A stretch of 64,000 nt of DNA from an uncultured delta proteobacterium (GTDB lineage: Bacteria > Desulfobacterota > Desulfuromonadia > Geobacterales > DSM-12255): assembly GCA_963787125.1 (NCBI GenBank), contig CAWBBV010000001.1, forward strand, positions 608,001-672,000. Reading direction: 5' to 3'. This document shows, one piece after another, positions 63,972 to 64,000 of the stretch. Under the pieces are notes generated by a model. It was given only the letters and a program-made list of their open reading frames with translations. It was not told where the DNA came from and ran no database searches. The translations under genes and the position numbers were made by a program. The stretch's first letter is position 1. Each line of letters opens with the position of its first letter.

Positions 63972-64000
63972 AAATTAACAGCGCCATGTTGCAGGGAAGT
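63972..64000 (-). promoter_or_regulatory. Putative pho-box promoter (truncated by the window edge)
   Basis: Minus strand ...AC-TTCC-CTGCAAC-N10-TAATTT. Confidence 0.55.

Overview
64 kb of a Geobacteraceae/Desulfuromonadales-like chromosome (inferred from gene content and protein style). In order: end of a DUF11-like gene, LysM-TPR and surA-like PPIase; a ~17 kb signalling block (sigma54-driven chemosensory operon HD-GYP RR / cytoplasmic double-tip MCP / STAS / cheY / cheA / cheW / MCP / His-less kinase / cheD / cheY / cheR / cheB, plus an adjacent NtrC-type activator and a divergent Cache-PAS-GAF kinase); cbpA/dnaJ; DUF47-PiT; hemL; a complete nuoA-N operon whose NuoF looks HydB-like (bifurcating type); hisZ-purA-tRNA-Lys; an ECF sigma/ZAS anti-sigma fusion; skp; REC-PilZ; glgP; greB; CBS-PAS-GGDEF next to fumC; phoBR; a small Cys protein and psiE-like gene; pstSCAB-phoU; and a convergent five-gene operon CBS-PP2C / RsbW-like kinase / STAS / unannotated 55-aa ORF / EAL. 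The best candidate for an undescribed system is that last operon. Its promoter shares the pho-box-like geometry (heptamer, 10 nt, -10 hexamer) seen in front of phoB, pstS and the Cys-protein/psiE operon, although only one full half-site lies inside the window. This suggests a phosphate-starvation-induced partner switch with no adjacent sigma factor and a c-di-GMP output. No transposase, integrase, prophage, rRNA or CRISPR array was seen. All calls are from reading the sequence; no database searches were run.
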